DNA from: Eledone cirrhosa
Lineage: Eukaryota
DNA: 64,000 bases
Direction of reading: 5' to 3'
Assembly: GCA_964016885.1 (NCBI GenBank)
Contig: OZ024740.1
Location: 47,430,001 to 47,494,000, forward strand
In this document: piece by piece, positions 46,915 through 64,000 of the stretch
Position numbering within the stretch: position 1 is the stretch's first letter
Layout of the letters: each line of letters opens with the position of its first letter
Program-made: the position numbers and the translations under genes
Notes under the pieces: model-generated
The model's input: only the letters and a program-made list of their open reading frames with translations
Databases searched by the model: none
What the model was told of the DNA's origin: nothing

Positions 46915-46950
46915 GTATTAAAGATGGCGCACCTCCAGGCACGTGCCTTA
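46915..46950 (-). CDS. micro-exon E7 (36 nt): (V)RHVPGGAPSLI
   Basis: ttttcttaattttag acceptor, gtaagt donor, phase 1-1. Confidence 0.78.
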
Positions 46951-48323
46951 CTAAAATTAAGAAAATAAACATTAATGTAACTTATTTTAATAGTTGTATC
47001 AGGCATTAAACATCAAATATTTAATGTGAAGTACTTAATATTTATCTAATTCTTTATATTTTTCAACATTTATTTATAATTATATGGCTATCATTATTCA
47101 TCTTACATTTTTTTAATTTTTGTAATTAAAAATTATAATTAAAAATTGTAATTAAAAATTATCGTCAATTTCTATACGATGATGAGTTATTTATTTTCTT
47201 CATTTTCTTGTATAGAATGTTGATTACATAAAGAATTGAAAATTAAATAAAATATTATTTCGTATTTAAAATTTTTATATGGAAACTGTAAGAATGGGAT
47301 TAAATATAAATTATTTAAAATAACATTAATGTCTAAAATTGACTGCGTTCAGATAATGTTTGGCTATTTTTGTATTTTATTTTGAATCAAATTGGCATTG
47401 AGGTTTCAATTTAAAACATTTTTAATCGACGTTACCTTCGGTTATTTTGGTCTCTTAAATCATATTTATTTCACATTACAAACTTACTGAATTAGAAAAT
47501 AAATTGAATCTAAATTTCCATCATTCACTTTACTTGTTTGCATCCATCTTGCCGTATTTTGGTAGGATTCTTTATGTTCTGCTGTCAAATGCTAGCAAAG
47601 TTGTCTTTTACCATTCTTTGATTAATAACAAAAACTACCAGTATTATATTGGACAGGTGATTTAATCAACAGTGTTAGCTAAAAACTCTATAAATATATT
47701 ATGTAGTGCAGTTTGGTATTGAAACAAATCACCGTTAATGTACCGGTAGTTTATTAATTAAACTACCTGCAAATTGGTCTATCTATTTTACTTAAGCCAC
47801 TAATAAATGTATGTGTGTAAGCAGTATGTCTATGTGTAGTTAAAGAGGGTAGTCAGTTGCTGATGAAATCACAACACAGGGTTGAATCTAATTTTACTGA
47901 TCCCTCTTTTTCTGTCCATAAACATATTGTTTATATTGTTGGATAAAAGATTATATAATTATGTCGTAGTATGAACATAGTATTAAATATATATATATAT
48001 AAATAAAATGGCTGGCTATGTGGTTGCAATTAAGTATAATGAAAATAAAAGTTATATATATATATATATGAGAAAGAAGCCTTACATGCTGTATCTAGCT
48101 GCAGCAGAAACTATTTATTATGTAATGTGTACTTATCTATATTACATTCCTTTCGATCATAGCAAAAAGAAATATTGACAATCATTTATAAGTGAATATA
48201 AAGGATTCAACTCAGAATCAAAACTATATGAAAAGAATCTGTTAATCGAAATATTAATTCGATGTCACGTAAAACATATTTGTGTATTATATAAAAGACA
48301 AAAGTACATGTTCGAAAACTCAC

Positions 48324-48347
48324 CAGAAGTGAATTCTCCGCGATTTG
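48324..48347 (-). CDS. micro-exon E6 (24 nt): (A)NRGEFTS
   Basis: ttttctttctttttgaatcgctgaattag acceptor, CTG|gtgagt donor, phase 1-1. Confidence 0.6.
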
Positions 48348-49038
48348 CTAATTCAGCGATTCAAAAAGAAAGAAAATATTATAGGAAATACTTGAAATAA
48401 ATGATATAAAGTTTTTCGAGTGTAACGAAAGTCAAATTGATGTATTTCGATGTATGACTAATGACTATAAGAAAGAATATTGATTTAATTTTATAGTAAT
48501 TGCTTTATTAACAGAGTATATTCATTAACTTAATTATTAAATATTTAGCGTATGTGTCCGTATATGTTTGTACATACGAATATTTTAAATTAGCGTATTT
48601 TCGTCATCTTGCAGTTAGTGTTTCTAAATTTATTGATCATAATAACTACAAGTTAATCCTATGAATTTCTTTTTAATAAATTTCTTAATTTTGAAAGTCA
48701 TGAATGTTTTTAATATCAGGTTTTATACGTAACTATCAAATAATTATAATCTGACAGGAATTTTCTGGCTTTTTAGCAAATAATTTTTCCTAAGTCATAA
48801 TTTAAATCATATAAATGCAACGTTTTAAGGCGTGTAAAACATTAATCTGTCAAATTTTCAGCAACTTTATGAAACATATGTTGAAGTTATGGCTGCTTAG
48901 CACATTTCCTATTGTCTTTATTAACGTATTTGTAATGATAAATGGTAGCTGGTTTCCAGAAACCATAGTGTTTAGCATTTCAATATATATATATATATAT
49001 ATATAATCAATGAATGAATGTGTGAATGTGTGTATGAA

Positions 49039-49105
<67 letters not shown>

Positions 49106-49234
49106 TCCTTCAATGGAGTCATGACATCTTAGTCTCCTTCAAACTAACATTCCACCGGATGAAAACAATAGAACCTTCTGCTATTAAATATTCATACAAA
49201 TGCCTCACCGTCTCTGAGAACTATCATATTTAAG

Positions 49235-49335
49235 CACAAGGTCAGCAACCCAAATACTTAACCGGTACTTTATTTTATCGACCCAGGAAGAGTGAAAGGT
49301 AAAGTTAACCTCGGCAGGATTTGAAATCAGAATGT
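49235..49335 (-). mobile_element. SINE family 1 fragment
   Basis: Reverse complement of the central domain and B box. Confidence 0.7.
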
Positions 49336-49614
49336 AAAGAGATAGAGCTCATAACAAAGCTAGGCTTCCTTTTTAAGATCAGAAAATACTTGAGCTCTGA
49401 TCAGTCTCTGGATCTCTAAGAGACTCAAGTAAGACCCAACTTATCTAAATCTGTACATGTTTGAGGCAACAAACAATTAATGAAACACATAGGAAGATGG
49501 TTTCAGGCTCAAGTCTTGTTGCCTCAGATGAGGTGAAGCACATTTTTTGACGGGTAGTTAGCATAAAACTGGTGAAGCTCCAGGGTGTATTGTGCAGTAG
49601 CAATATATATTTTA

Positions 49615-49725
49615 TACTCAAATCCCGCCGAGGTTGACTTTGCCTTTCATCCTTACGGGGTCGATAAAATAAAGTACCAGTAATGCACTGGGTAATTGCT
49701 GGCCTTGTGTCTAAAGTAGAAACAA
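49615..49725 (+). mobile_element. SINE family 1, 5'-truncated
   Basis: Central domain. Flanking atatatattttatac duplication. Confidence 0.8.
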
Positions 49726-50365
49726 ATATATATTTTATACGATAATTATTTGTACGTTCTTCATTTGCAATAAATATTTATTTGAATTTTTTTAATATAA
49801 TATTCCATAAGTTCTGTAGGCCCATACCAATATTGCCATCATAGTTATTTCTTAAATAATTCAGGTTATATACAATGTCGAATCAGATCACTTGTTTCAG
49901 TATAAAATGATTATCCGTAGTTTTCAATAGAAGAAAGATGTCACTAGATAAACAAAATCACCATTTTGATCAGCATTCTAATTTAAATAATATAAATGTT
50001 TTTTTAAATACTATAAACAAGCTTATAAATGTTTACTGCTGCTATATCATGAAATTAATAAGTTTGTTAAAATTTAAGGCAAAACGTATGAAGTAAAATC
50101 TCAGCTCAGAACAGCCTGTGAGATCAAGCAATATTTTGACTTTGCCCATCTGTTTCAATTTTTACTGCACTATTATTTTTGAAACATGTTTTAGCAAACA
50201 TGTATTATGTAGGACTCAGCAATAAAAATAAACGATTCCAGTACTTATTGTAATATAAAACATCTAACGATTTTATATTAAATTTATGAATTGTCAGCAA
50301 ATTATCAGAAGCAAATGGAACTCTTTAGTAAAGCTGCAAACACTAAGTGATTAGTAGGAACTTAC

Positions 50366-50401
50366 CTTTAGCGTAAACTTCTATATTATAAAATGCTCCA
50401 C
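50366..50401 (-). CDS. micro-exon E5 (36 nt): (G)GAFYNIEVYAK
   Basis: ttccttttattttcag acceptor, AAG|gtaagt consensus donor, phase 1-1. Confidence 0.8.
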
Positions 50402-50759
50402 CTGAAAATAAAAGGAATAATTCAAATCAAACTTTAATGTTAAGTTGCAGATTTCTCTCTGCAAGCAAGATATGTGCGATACTGTTTCGCTTTAGTTAAA
50501 CTCCGATAAAACAGGCGTATCCCATCTCTTGGACAATATGTTTTAATTCGCACTGTAGTGTAAGGCTCTTAATTTTACTTGTTCTTTAAACAAGCCTTTA
50601 TATAAATATTCCTTATAGGATACAGCTATCGAAACTAAATGTTCTACTATTAATTATACATACGAATCATCAATCATGTAAAATCAAGTCTATGAAAAGT
50701 TAACAATTAATTTTTTTAAAAAGTGAAACTTTCTATATAAAATGTAAGTATTAGATGGG

Positions 50760-50895
50760 AGGCGGCGAATTGGCAGAGTCGTTAGACTGTTAGACAGATT
50801 ACTTTGCGATGGTCGTTCAAATTCCGTCGAGGTCAACTTTGCCTTTCATACTTTCGTGATCGATAAAAATATGTCAGTCCAGTACTGGGGTCGAT
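50760..50895 (+). mobile_element. SINE family 1, older copy
   Basis: A/B boxes and a degenerate central domain. Confidence 0.75.
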
Positions 50896-51103
50896 TCTTT
50901 TTCTATATATCTTTCTCTCTGTCATTGACTCATACACACACTCCCCTCTCTCTCCCCCCTTCTCTGAAAGAAATCTGCTGTGTTCAAACCTAACGAGATA
51001 TGATATCTACCAGGTTTAAAATGTCCAAAACACGCTGAATGTCACTAAAACGCACCTACGACCTCTAGATACACAAGTACTAAGTAATTAAAGTGAACTT
51101 TAC

Positions 51104-51130
51104 CGTGAGGTATTCTTTTGTGGGCGTTGA
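51104..51130 (-). CDS. micro-exon E4 (27 nt): (V)NAHKRIPH
   Basis: ttcttttttaatattttcag acceptor, G|gtaaag donor, phase 1-1. Intron flank homologous to those of E3 and E2. Confidence 0.75.
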
Positions 51131-52298
51131 CTGAAAATATTAAAAAAGAAAATTAATTATTCAAGCCAGACTTTATTGCGGTGTGAGAAATGCTCAATAT
51201 TTATTTAGGTTTTGTAGTTTAGTTCTAGGTAAGTTCTGGCAAAGATAAGTATGGTCTTTCAACATCTTTTTTTCGAAGCGTGGATGATATACAACTACAT
51301 TGGAAAGCTGAACAATTATTTGATGAAAGTGGCGATCGATGTTTTCCTTTCATAAGATGTCACATTGGGATTTGAATAATATTGTGTTACTATTTCTAGC
51401 AGTCCAAGTTATACGTCGTACAAGTTATACAGGTTCAAGAGTGCAGTGATAATTTCAGACCCTTTCTGTTTTATGTGTATGTTTGTGATTTTGTCAGGCT
51501 CTGTGTGTTATGTGTATTTGTCATTTTTCTTAGGGATTCTCTGTTATGATTCTGGTATCTGATACAATTGGATCTGGAAAATTACAGCATATTTCAAGAC
51601 CAACGCCGCTCAAGAAACGATCTGCCATTATTGTTGTCGTTAAAGTAGCATGCAACCATACACATTAACTAGAAAGATATGGATGGTCCATCACTTCACA
51701 TCGGCTCATCTTACCAACATTACTTTATTTACTGATATCAATGCATCTAAGAAATACATAACGCCCATATTCCATTTTGATATATTTCTTGATGTATCAA
51801 AATATTCGTCGCATCTCTGCATCCTGGTAATGACACATTTCCACACAAACTACTGAAAATAAGTTAGAGGAGTATTTTATTAGCCTAAATTATTCTTCCT
51901 TTACATTTTCTCTTCATCTTTCTCTTTTCATTTTCTATTTATTTTTATTCAATTTTCAGACAAACGTAACATCCATATTGTGAAGTGATCTTATTTGGGA
52001 CAACTTTAAGTCAGGTTTAAGTTCAACTTGTACTTTTCATTACCACCATCCCATCATTTTGCTCCTCCGTTTGTCATGATGGGTTTTCATGTATAGAGAC
52101 GTCGCTTGCTAAGCATACATGAAATATGCTTGAAATATATTCGTATGGTACATTCGTACATGTGTATGAAATTAGATTCTTCCCTATCTACATCCATATA
52201 TATATATATATATATATATACATGCCGACACAAGACCAAGAATGCATAATTGCAAACGAATCGAATATTATTATTGATATTCGAAAAACTCAGATTAC

Positions 52299-52369
<71 letters not shown>

Positions 52370-52375
52370 AATTAT

Positions 52376-52510
<135 letters not shown>

Positions 52511-52681
52511 AATGAATAATAACAGGTAGACATCATAAAAAGGTAATTTATTCCGTGTGCTTACAAATGTTTCCACGGTGGTACATATATATTATTAGGG
52601 TAAACATTGATGCAATTCAATTCAAGCACTCAACGTACTTCAACGTACTTTTTCCACATAGGAGTGACGGAGTAAATATCG

Positions 52682-54028
<1,347 letters not shown>

Positions 54029-54124
54029 TAAATATTCCACTATTAATTATATCTACCAACCATCAATCATGTAAAATCAAATGTTTGGAACGTCAACAAT
54101 TATCAGAAACAAGTGGGACTTTAC

Positions 54125-54151
54125 CTTTTTTTTTAATTTTATGTTTGTGGA
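54125..54151 (-). CDS. micro-exon E3 (27 nt): (V)HKHKIKKK
   Basis: tctttttttatttttag acceptor, AAG|gtaaag donor, phase 1-1. Same length and position as E4 in the homologous unit. Confidence 0.72.
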
Positions 54152-54769
54152 CTAAAAATAAAAAAAGAATTATTCAAATGAGATTTTATTGTTATGTGAG
54201 AAATGTGAAGTATTAATTTGGATTTTTCTGTTTTGTCCAAGGTAAGTTCTCATACAGCAAATGTATGGTCCTTCGCCGTCGCCATTTTGTTTTTCGAAAC
54301 GTGAACGATATAGGATTGTATTGGAAAGGTCAACGCTTATACAATGAGAATAGCGATGAACGCGCTCTTTCGTGTAAAATCCATTTTATCAATTTATAAA
54401 CACGCACGAAAATGTTATATTTACTTTTAATATATTTCTTGGGACATTGAAATTTTTGTCACACCTCTAGAACGTAACCACTAACACATATCCACTGTAA
54501 AACGCTTTAAACGCTGTCATGTAAATCAGTTTCCTGAGCATTGTGCAGTCCGCTTTACCATAATTCGTGACTGACACTGGACAACTATCTGTCTGTCAGT
54601 TAGACCTGATCTACCAGGTTTTGTTCTTTATATTTTATTGCCATTTTTTAAACACCCACTTTACTTTTTTTTTTAAATAACACCCACCTAGTTTTATGTC
54701 TGCCTTATACTTGGATTTTGGGGCCTCTGTCGTATATATATATGCACTTGTGCGCACATATATATACAC

Positions 54770-55082
54770 ACCTGTATGGATTTGTGTGTGTAGATGTGTG
54801 TGTGTGTCTGAGGGGGTAGGTGTGAGTGTATGTTCAAGTGAACCAACATAGGTCTTTTTATTTCTAAATTCTCTAAGTATTTGACTCTTACCATAATTTT
54901 GAGTATTATCACCACACATAAATTCCTCAATTTGTATGTGTGGATGTGTGTGTGTGTCTGTGGGGGTGGGTGTGAATGTATGTGCAAGTCAACCAACATA
55001 AGTCTTTTTATATGGAAATCTTCTAATATTCTACTCTAACCATAATTTTCAGTAGTACCACTCTACATAAATTCCTCAATTT
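54770..55082. repeat. diverged ~150-bp tandem duplication
   Basis: tttgtgtgtgtagatgtg...aaccaacata...aattcctcaattt occurs twice. Confidence 0.7.
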
Positions 55083-55486
55083 AAGATTGACCTGTGGTAT
55101 CGAATTTCATACTATAAACCCCAATTGAATATATATCTGACCAGGAATGCTTTTTGTGAAAATCAGTCATATGGAACTATTGTCATTTTGCTTGATGGTT
55201 TGAACTTTACAACACCACCTGCCTCTTTGAGGTCAAATACCAACCCTACTAGCATCTACAAACTGACCAATGAGAATGAAGATTATTCCTGCTGACAATA
55301 TTAAATTATTCCTAACAAGTTCATATGTCCCAAGGCTCTGATACAATCAACACCATAAACACAGAGCTGGCATATCTAAGAACTGACTAACTGCCTGATG
55401 AGGTCATAGCCATTCATTGGCTATCATCGTAATACATATAGCAGTAAATAAAGGATTATGAGTTCATGCAATTGACTTATGTTTCG

Positions 55487-55534
<48 letters not shown>

Positions 55535-55613
55535 TATCCGGGTTGAATCGGAGGTAACCACAGTAAGTAAGATACTCAATATATAGTAGAGTATAAAAGT
55601 TTTAATATAGATG

Positions 55614-55664
55614 AGATTCTACAGGACTAGAACTGTTTCATTCTTGAGAATTCATCAGGAATCT
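55614..55664 (-). ncRNA. type I hammerhead ribozyme
   Basis: Minus strand agattc-CTGATGA-attct/agaat-GAAA-cag..ctg-TA-gaatct. Lies downstream of decayed GIY-YIG C-terminal fragments (..EKLKNKEWHPNLN) at 55700-56090. Confidence 0.8.
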
Positions 55665-56094
55665 GGCTGTCCAAATAAATATGATCGTATTTATATCATT
55701 TCTGGTGGTAGGAGACGGTGGGGGTGGGATGCGTGGAGGTCATTGGTTGAAAGAAAAGGGAATTCATTAAAAGCTAATTCTTTAAAGCTAAAATTTATAT
55801 TTAGAGTGACAAAGGCAGAAAGTATTCTATAAACAAGTTCAAATTGGGGTGCCACTCCTTATTTTTAAGTTTCTCTTAAGCCAACAATGCCTATATTTCA
55901 GGTGTCTATAAGATGGTTGGGGGTCAGTCATGGTTGATGGGTTTAAAGAAAAGGAAAATTCTTTAAAAGCTAATTCTTTAAAGCGCTACTTAGAGTGACA
56001 AAGGCCAAGAGAATTCTATAAACCAGTTCAGATATTGGTTGCCTATCCTTATTGTCATGTTTCTCTAAGCTATATTTCAGGTGTCTACAGACAC

Positions 56095-56853
<759 letters not shown>

Positions 56854-57135
56854 GGAAAAAATGAAACGAAATTTCATTTCCCACGCTTAGTACGGCTGTT
56901 ACTTAAATATAAGTATGTATACGTACATACATATATGTATACAGACGTACAGTAGTATGTATATATATACATACATGCACACATATATATGTACGTATGG
57001 ATTTACCGAACATTTAGTATAATGCTCGGTGTGTTTGTAAACAAAAATCACGTTTATGGAAGATCAATAATTATCAGGAAAATAGTGGATCTTTTTATTA
57101 ACGTGTAAGAACTGTGTGATTAAGATTAACTTGAC

Positions 57136-57171
57136 CTTTCGCGATATTTTTTATATTGTTACTATTTGGAG
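57136..57171 (-). CDS. micro-exon E2 (36 nt): (A)PNSNNIKNIAK
   Basis: ttctttttttaatttaag acceptor, AAG|gtcaag donor (weaker), phase 1-1. Sits at the homologous position of the E3/E4 unit. Confidence 0.6.
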
Positions 57172-58047
57172 CTTAAATTAAAAAAAGAACTATCCATGTC
57201 AGATTTAATGTGATGTGATAAATATGCGATATTAATTTGGGCTTTCTTATTTGGTCTTAGGTAATCTCTCATGAAGCAAACGTACGGTCCTTCACCATCG
57301 CCTTGTTTTTTGTTTTATTTTATTTGTTTTAACGAGAACGATACAAGGCTATATTGGATATGTCAATACTTCTCTGATGAGAGTTGTGATCAATGTGTAA
57401 AAAACATTTTTGACGCACAAAAATGTTATATTTGCTTTTCATTTATTTCTTGAGGTATCGACATTTGTATCACACCTCTGCAACCTAGTGAAACATACCT
57501 ACTGCGAAACACTAAATGCCGCCACATCAATTAGTATCTAACAGCTTGCTCTATCCAAATTCATGACCGACTCTTCACAATTAACTCTATCAGTAAGCCT
57601 GATCAGTCAGGCTTTGTTCTTTACTTTTATTATCATTCTCTTTTTTCTTTTCGTCTCTTTTTATCGTCTTTTAATGTTTGGATATACAGGTTTACCTAGT
57701 AATAGAAGTTTTTGCTATTGTTATTGTTTGGCCAATTGACATGGGTCACCTTTTCTTAATTTCAGTTTTAATTTTTCCGTTTTTCTATAAACATACATGA
57801 AGGTGCATGGTTCGGTAAGTAGGATGTCTGCCCATGATCATAACTTCGTGAGTGAAATCCACGGCGGCGCATTATATCCTTGAACAAGACACTTAACGTT
57901 GCACAAATTCACTCAGCTGAAAACATTGAATTGTACAGTTGTCAAAATATTTGGTTTGAATGTATTGAGAATTTTTCTGAGTTTATGTATACAACTGTAT
58001 AGTATACTAGGTAATAATGTAATAGGTATTATCACAAGCATATATAC

Positions 58048-58172
<125 letters not shown>

Positions 58173-58241
58173 GTGTGTGTGTGTATATATATATGTGTGT
58201 GTGTATGTATGTATATATATATATATATATATACATATATG

Positions 58242-58281
<40 letters not shown>

Positions 58282-58299
58282 TGTATATGTATATGCATA

Positions 58300-58950
58300 T
58301 ATATATAGCATAAGATGTACTGAAGGACAATGTAGAGATAAAAATATAGTGTACATAGGTGAGACAGCTCGTAGTGTAGGGGAACGGATAAATGAATACT
58401 GGCGAGACCTTCAAGATAGTAAAGAATCATCTGTACTCTACCAACATGCTAAAATAGAACATAAGGGTAAATTAGAGAACATAGAAATAAAAATAGAATC
58501 TACACACAGAAAAGACGCAATGTTTAGACAAATCTAGAGGCAATAAACATAAAAGAATTACAACCAAAATTAAATAGAAAACATGAGTGGAACAGCAACA
58601 TCACAACTTACAAGTAAGGACAAAATGAAAACACACACGCACATAGAACAAACAACCAACCAGTAATATGTAAATAAACAAATAAATAAACGAATATAAA
58701 CACACACAGACACCCAGATGTGGCGCATGCGCAGACTGAGCACACAACACACACACAGAAACAAGATGGCGTAGGACAGAACAAAGGAGAGGCACAAAAA
58801 CAAAGAAAAGAATCCCCAGTCACTGAAGAGGTCACAGAATGTGTGACGAAAGAACTTTGACAATATATAAACAACCATCTGGTTGTGGAACCAACCAACC
58901 AACCGGAAATTTATAAATTCCTAAATTTATAAATTTATTATAATAAATTG
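58300..58950 (+). mobile_element. Penelope-like 3' fragment (GIY-YIG endonuclease plus pLTR)
   Basis: YSIRC...[16 protein letters not shown]...SVLYQH...*EAINIKELQPKLN, followed by a hammerhead. Confidence 0.85.
58819..58861 (+). ncRNA. minimal type I hammerhead ribozyme
   Basis: gtca-CTGAAGA-ggtcaca/tgtgac-GAAA-gaac-TT-tgac. Confidence 0.75.
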
Positions 58951-59104
58951 AAGTGAAAGCAACTGGTGCGTGTGTTTCTTATTGGCAACATGACCCTCCC
59001 AAAGTATAACAATATCGGTTTCAACACACGTTTTCAGATAAAGAATCTTGCTAAACAAATTCAGAAACGATATATATATATATAAAGCATCAGCATTGGA
59101 AAGG

Positions 59105-59260
59105 TAGATTGGCAGTATCGCTAGAGTTTAAATATAGATGAGATTTGCTTTGCCTTTCTTCCTTATAGGGTCGATGAAACAAAGTATTATTAAAGCACTG
59201 GGATCGATTCAATTGAATTTCTTCTTCCCCAAAATTAACGGCCTTGTGCCTAATTCAGAA
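59105..59260 (+). mobile_element. SINE family 1, degenerate
   Basis: gattggcagtatcg...ctttgcctttcttccttatagggtcgat. Confidence 0.65.
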
Positions 59261-60033
59261 CCTAATATCAACGCAGCATGATCGAATGATCAAAAAGTTT
59301 GCTTCGTGACAATGATATTCCGAGTTCTTTTCCACTGCATGACATCCGGAGCATTGTGAATAAAATAGGATAGACGGAAACTGGTATATGATCGGTTGGG
59401 TTATACCTGAACGTTAAATGTACAACATTATGACAAAGAGCGTCATGCTGAATCACTCTGAGAATTACAATAAATTTCTACTGCCACGAATATTCTGCCA
59501 TTTATGTGTTAATTTAACTAGTAGGCTATTCTGTTGGACGAACAACTGGAAAACAGCGTCAATACTAACAAAGCTGAATTTATCTTCATTTTAAAATTAA
59601 ACGACACAGTATTTTTTCTTTTGTTTTAACCATATTATTTTTAATTAAATCAGGTCAAATTTATTTCTCATACATATAATAGAATGAGATGAGGATAGAG
59701 CACAAGGAATGTAGTTTTAGTTGATACTTATACTATAATTCATTATTCTGTTTGATGCTATATTTTCATATTATGTTCTAAATTTGAGATACAATAAATA
59801 TATTGCGCAGCCAAATAATACATGCATGAAAAAATGATGTATATATCCTACACCTAAAGAAGGAAACATAATAACAAATATTCACGTGTCTTGCACTGGT
59901 CCAAGTAATTCTTTATTCGTCTTAGATATAGTCTTAAAAATAGCTTAAGGAATGTTCAAAGAAATAATGAATCATATTTTTTTTCTTCTTTATTCTGAAT
60001 ATTTATTCGTTAATGCGATCACATTTGTTAGTT

Positions 60034-61318
<1,285 letters not shown>

Positions 61319-61788
61319 TATATATATATATACATACATATATATATACATACATATATACACATATATGTGTGTGGGGGATGCTCCATATACATAGACT
61401 TGTCTTATTCCCTGATCATCAGTTTCAATTTTATTTTACATGCGACCAAGTTTTTATTAATTAAGTATCTAATAAAAACAAACACACCGAGCATTATAAT
61501 AAATGTTCGGTGAATCCATACGTACATATATATATATGTGTGCATGTATGTATATATATATACATACTACTGTACGTCTGTATACATATATGTATGTACG
61601 TATACATACTTATATTTAAGTAACAGCCGTACTAAGAGTGAGAAATGAAATTCCGTTTCATTTTTCCGTTTATCGTTTTCGGTGCGGCCGATTAACTCAC
61701 TCGATATGTGAATTAGGCTGCTCAACCGTTAATATGCATAAGGAAAGTATATACTTTCAGACGTTCAATCATCTGGCAGAAAGGTATA

Positions 61789-61829
61789 CGTTGCTGACGA
61801 TAGATAATAAGCTTGAAATTAGTACAGCG
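61789..61829 (+). ncRNA. degenerate minimal hammerhead in a Penelope remnant (61480-62040)
   Basis: cgttg-CTGACGA-tagataataagctt-GAAA-ttag-TA-cagcg, preceded by a HKESIYFQTF GIY-YIG-tail-like peptide. Flanks are inverted copies of 56850-57040. Confidence 0.55.
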
Positions 61830-62033
61830 TTCCTTTGTCAGTGTTGAACAAATGAGCAACGATGGTTGCTAGATACTGTACGGCTTAATTCGGGATGTTT
61901 ATTTACAAACACACCGAGCATTATAATAAATGTTCGGTGAATCCATACGTCCATATATATATGTGTGCATGTATGTATATATATATACATACTACTGTAC
62001 GTCTGTATACATATATGTATGTACGTATACATA

Positions 62034-62102
<69 letters not shown>

Positions 62103-62129
62103 TATATATATATATCCATTATATATATA

Positions 62130-62168
<39 letters not shown>

Positions 62169-62190
62169 TAGTGTTTGGTAACATATTTTA

Positions 62191-62244
<54 letters not shown>

Positions 62245-62266
62245 TAGTGTTTGGTAACATATTTTA

Positions 62267-62329
<63 letters not shown>

Positions 62330-63453
62330 ACGAAGGAAATGTGGTAAGGAACCAGGTGGACCATAACACACCAAAGTACTCAATACTTAGGGTAGTAGAG
62401 TGGGTAATAGGAACGAGTAAGGGGGGGGGGATTCTGAATTAATTTTCCGTATCAAATTTTTCATGTACCTCGTACGAGCATTTATGTAGTTTGCACTAGA
62501 ATTTTTGTATCGTAGCGGCGCCCTTAGAGATAGTATTAGTATTCATTTTCAGGATCCTGAATTATTATTTCGTATTAGTTTATTTTATGCACTGGGTGGT
62601 TGCTAGTTTCGGGACTCTGAATTATTATTTCGTGGTAGTTTCTTTAGTATTTTGGCCCCCCACTTGTTGACCTGTCACCGTAAGATATACTCGGTTGATT
62701 ACTACTAACTCTTAAAATGGTCTCATTACAATTCCGTCCCACCTAGTAAACTTTTCTATAGTCTAGCAGTACCAGTGAGAGACTTGATGACTGTCGTTAG
62801 GGAATAGTAAGCAGAAATTGTTTTTTTTATATTTTTAACATTCTTGGTATTCTTCTATATATTTACTCTATATTGATTTACTTATTGTTTCGACTTCCTC
62901 CCCCTCCCCCTCCCTAGTATACTTGCTTGACCTCCTGCCCTGCTATAGTTGGCACTATCAACGCACGACTGGGTTTCCTCCACTCCCTCTCCTTCTCCCT
63001 CTGTCTTCTACTGGCAGGTTCAGCTACCCCTTCCTTCCACAAATTGCCATGATAGAATTATGTGTCTCAACAACAAACTTTTGACCAATCCTTGTGACAA
63101 TCACTTTTACCATATATGGAATTACCTCCTGAGAAGCTCGGCTATTCATATACCAGGATAAAAATGTTCATTTAGTCCAGAATTAGCCGTCGAAACGGCT
63201 TGAGCTCAGCCGTCGGGGTCCTACTCGTTCCTATATATATGTGTATGTATATATACATTAAAATATGTTACCAAACACTATTATTTATTTTACAATTGTT
63301 TCATCCTCGTGGGACTCAGCGAAATTAACCAATATATAAATAAATAACTCAACAAGTTCATCTTTTCGGACGCACAGAGAAAGTAAGACATGAATACATA
63401 CATATCAATTAACATCATTATAAATTTTAAAAGGAAATTTCCAGAATACTTAC

Positions 63454-63522
63454 CATTATTGTAGATAATATAAGGATGTGCACCACTTATGAAATTATGT
63501 GTTGGCATGTGGGCACTGATAT
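63454..63522 (-). CDS. exon E1 (69 nt): xISAHMPTHNFISGAHPYIIYNN
   Basis: aaatacag acceptor (weak pyrimidine tract), ATG|gtaagt donor, phase 1-1, in frame with E2. Confidence 0.6.
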
Positions 63523-64000
63523 CTGTATTTTTAAATATAGCAAATACAATGTTAAATACAATATGATCTCAATCATTTGATAAGGAAATAAATGCTATAA
63601 GATATTGCAAACAAGAATCATTTCGTAAAGATTTAGTCCTTATTTCTATTCTTTAGCCTTAAGTTAGCGCTATTCGAGTAGAACTGTTATACATTATTGA
63701 TTTTCGATAGTTACAATCACGTCTTTATGTCTTTATTTAAGACTGTATTTACAAATGTGACTGTATCAACAAATGGCTGCTATTTCTAATTAGTTAAATG
63801 ACTACCTAGACACTCCCTTGTTGATTTGATTGTGGCTGATCGTAAAGAGCGGGGTATTGCTGTCTGAACACGTTCTACTCTCTTCTCTCCATCCCCACCA
63901 TATTTCTATACGTCTGTGGATTCTGTTGAGAAAGACAGTTGAGGTGAGTAAGAGGAGTTCTGACAAAGCGAGACAATTGATAGTCCTCCACAATTTTCAT

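Noticed and set aside
47436-47453. Possible 18-nt exon (TKITE)
   Set aside because: Good donor but A-rich acceptor. The stronger upstream acceptor gives stops in all frames. Worth rechecking with RNA-seq.
47534-47578. Possible 45-nt phase-1 exon (HKESYQNTARWMQT)
   Set aside because: Poor pyrimidine tract, and the paralog near 25960-26007 has a 2-nt indel.
59822-59853. Strong minus-strand acceptor (ttccttctttag) opening GVGYIHHFFMH
   Set aside because: The only nearby donor is weak (gtatta) and gives 32 nt, out of phase.
63802-63993. 63-aa ORF at the window end as the first exon
   Set aside because: No phase-compatible donor and no recognisable motif.

Overview
AT-rich, microsatellite-dense animal DNA. 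The SINE, Dong/R4, Penelope and RTE content suggests a coleoid cephalopod (inference). There is one assembly gap (16540-16739). Left of the gap are four in-frame exons of a plus-strand CAP/SCP (CRISP-like) gene with a furin-type propeptide and an atypical catalytic tetrad. Right of the gap, missed as a gene by the ORF track, is a minus-strand chain of 13 candidate exons: 12 micro-exons of 24-36 nt and one of 69 nt. All are multiples of 3, all phase 1-1, all with AG/GT sites, and they splice into one open His/Lys-rich frame. The chain grew by tandem segmental duplication, and two paralogous exon sets show amino-acid-changing substitutions concentrated in the exon while flanking introns stay nearly identical. 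This resembles the Schistosoma micro-exon gene (MEG) architecture and is the best candidate for an undescribed system here. Introns contain three Dong/R4 LINE families (one near-intact ORF), CR1, Tx1, RTE, Helitron, a Tc1/mariner, three copies of a Penelope-like element, tRNA-SINEs, several minimal hammerhead ribozymes and fold-back elements. All calls were made by eye, with no database searches.
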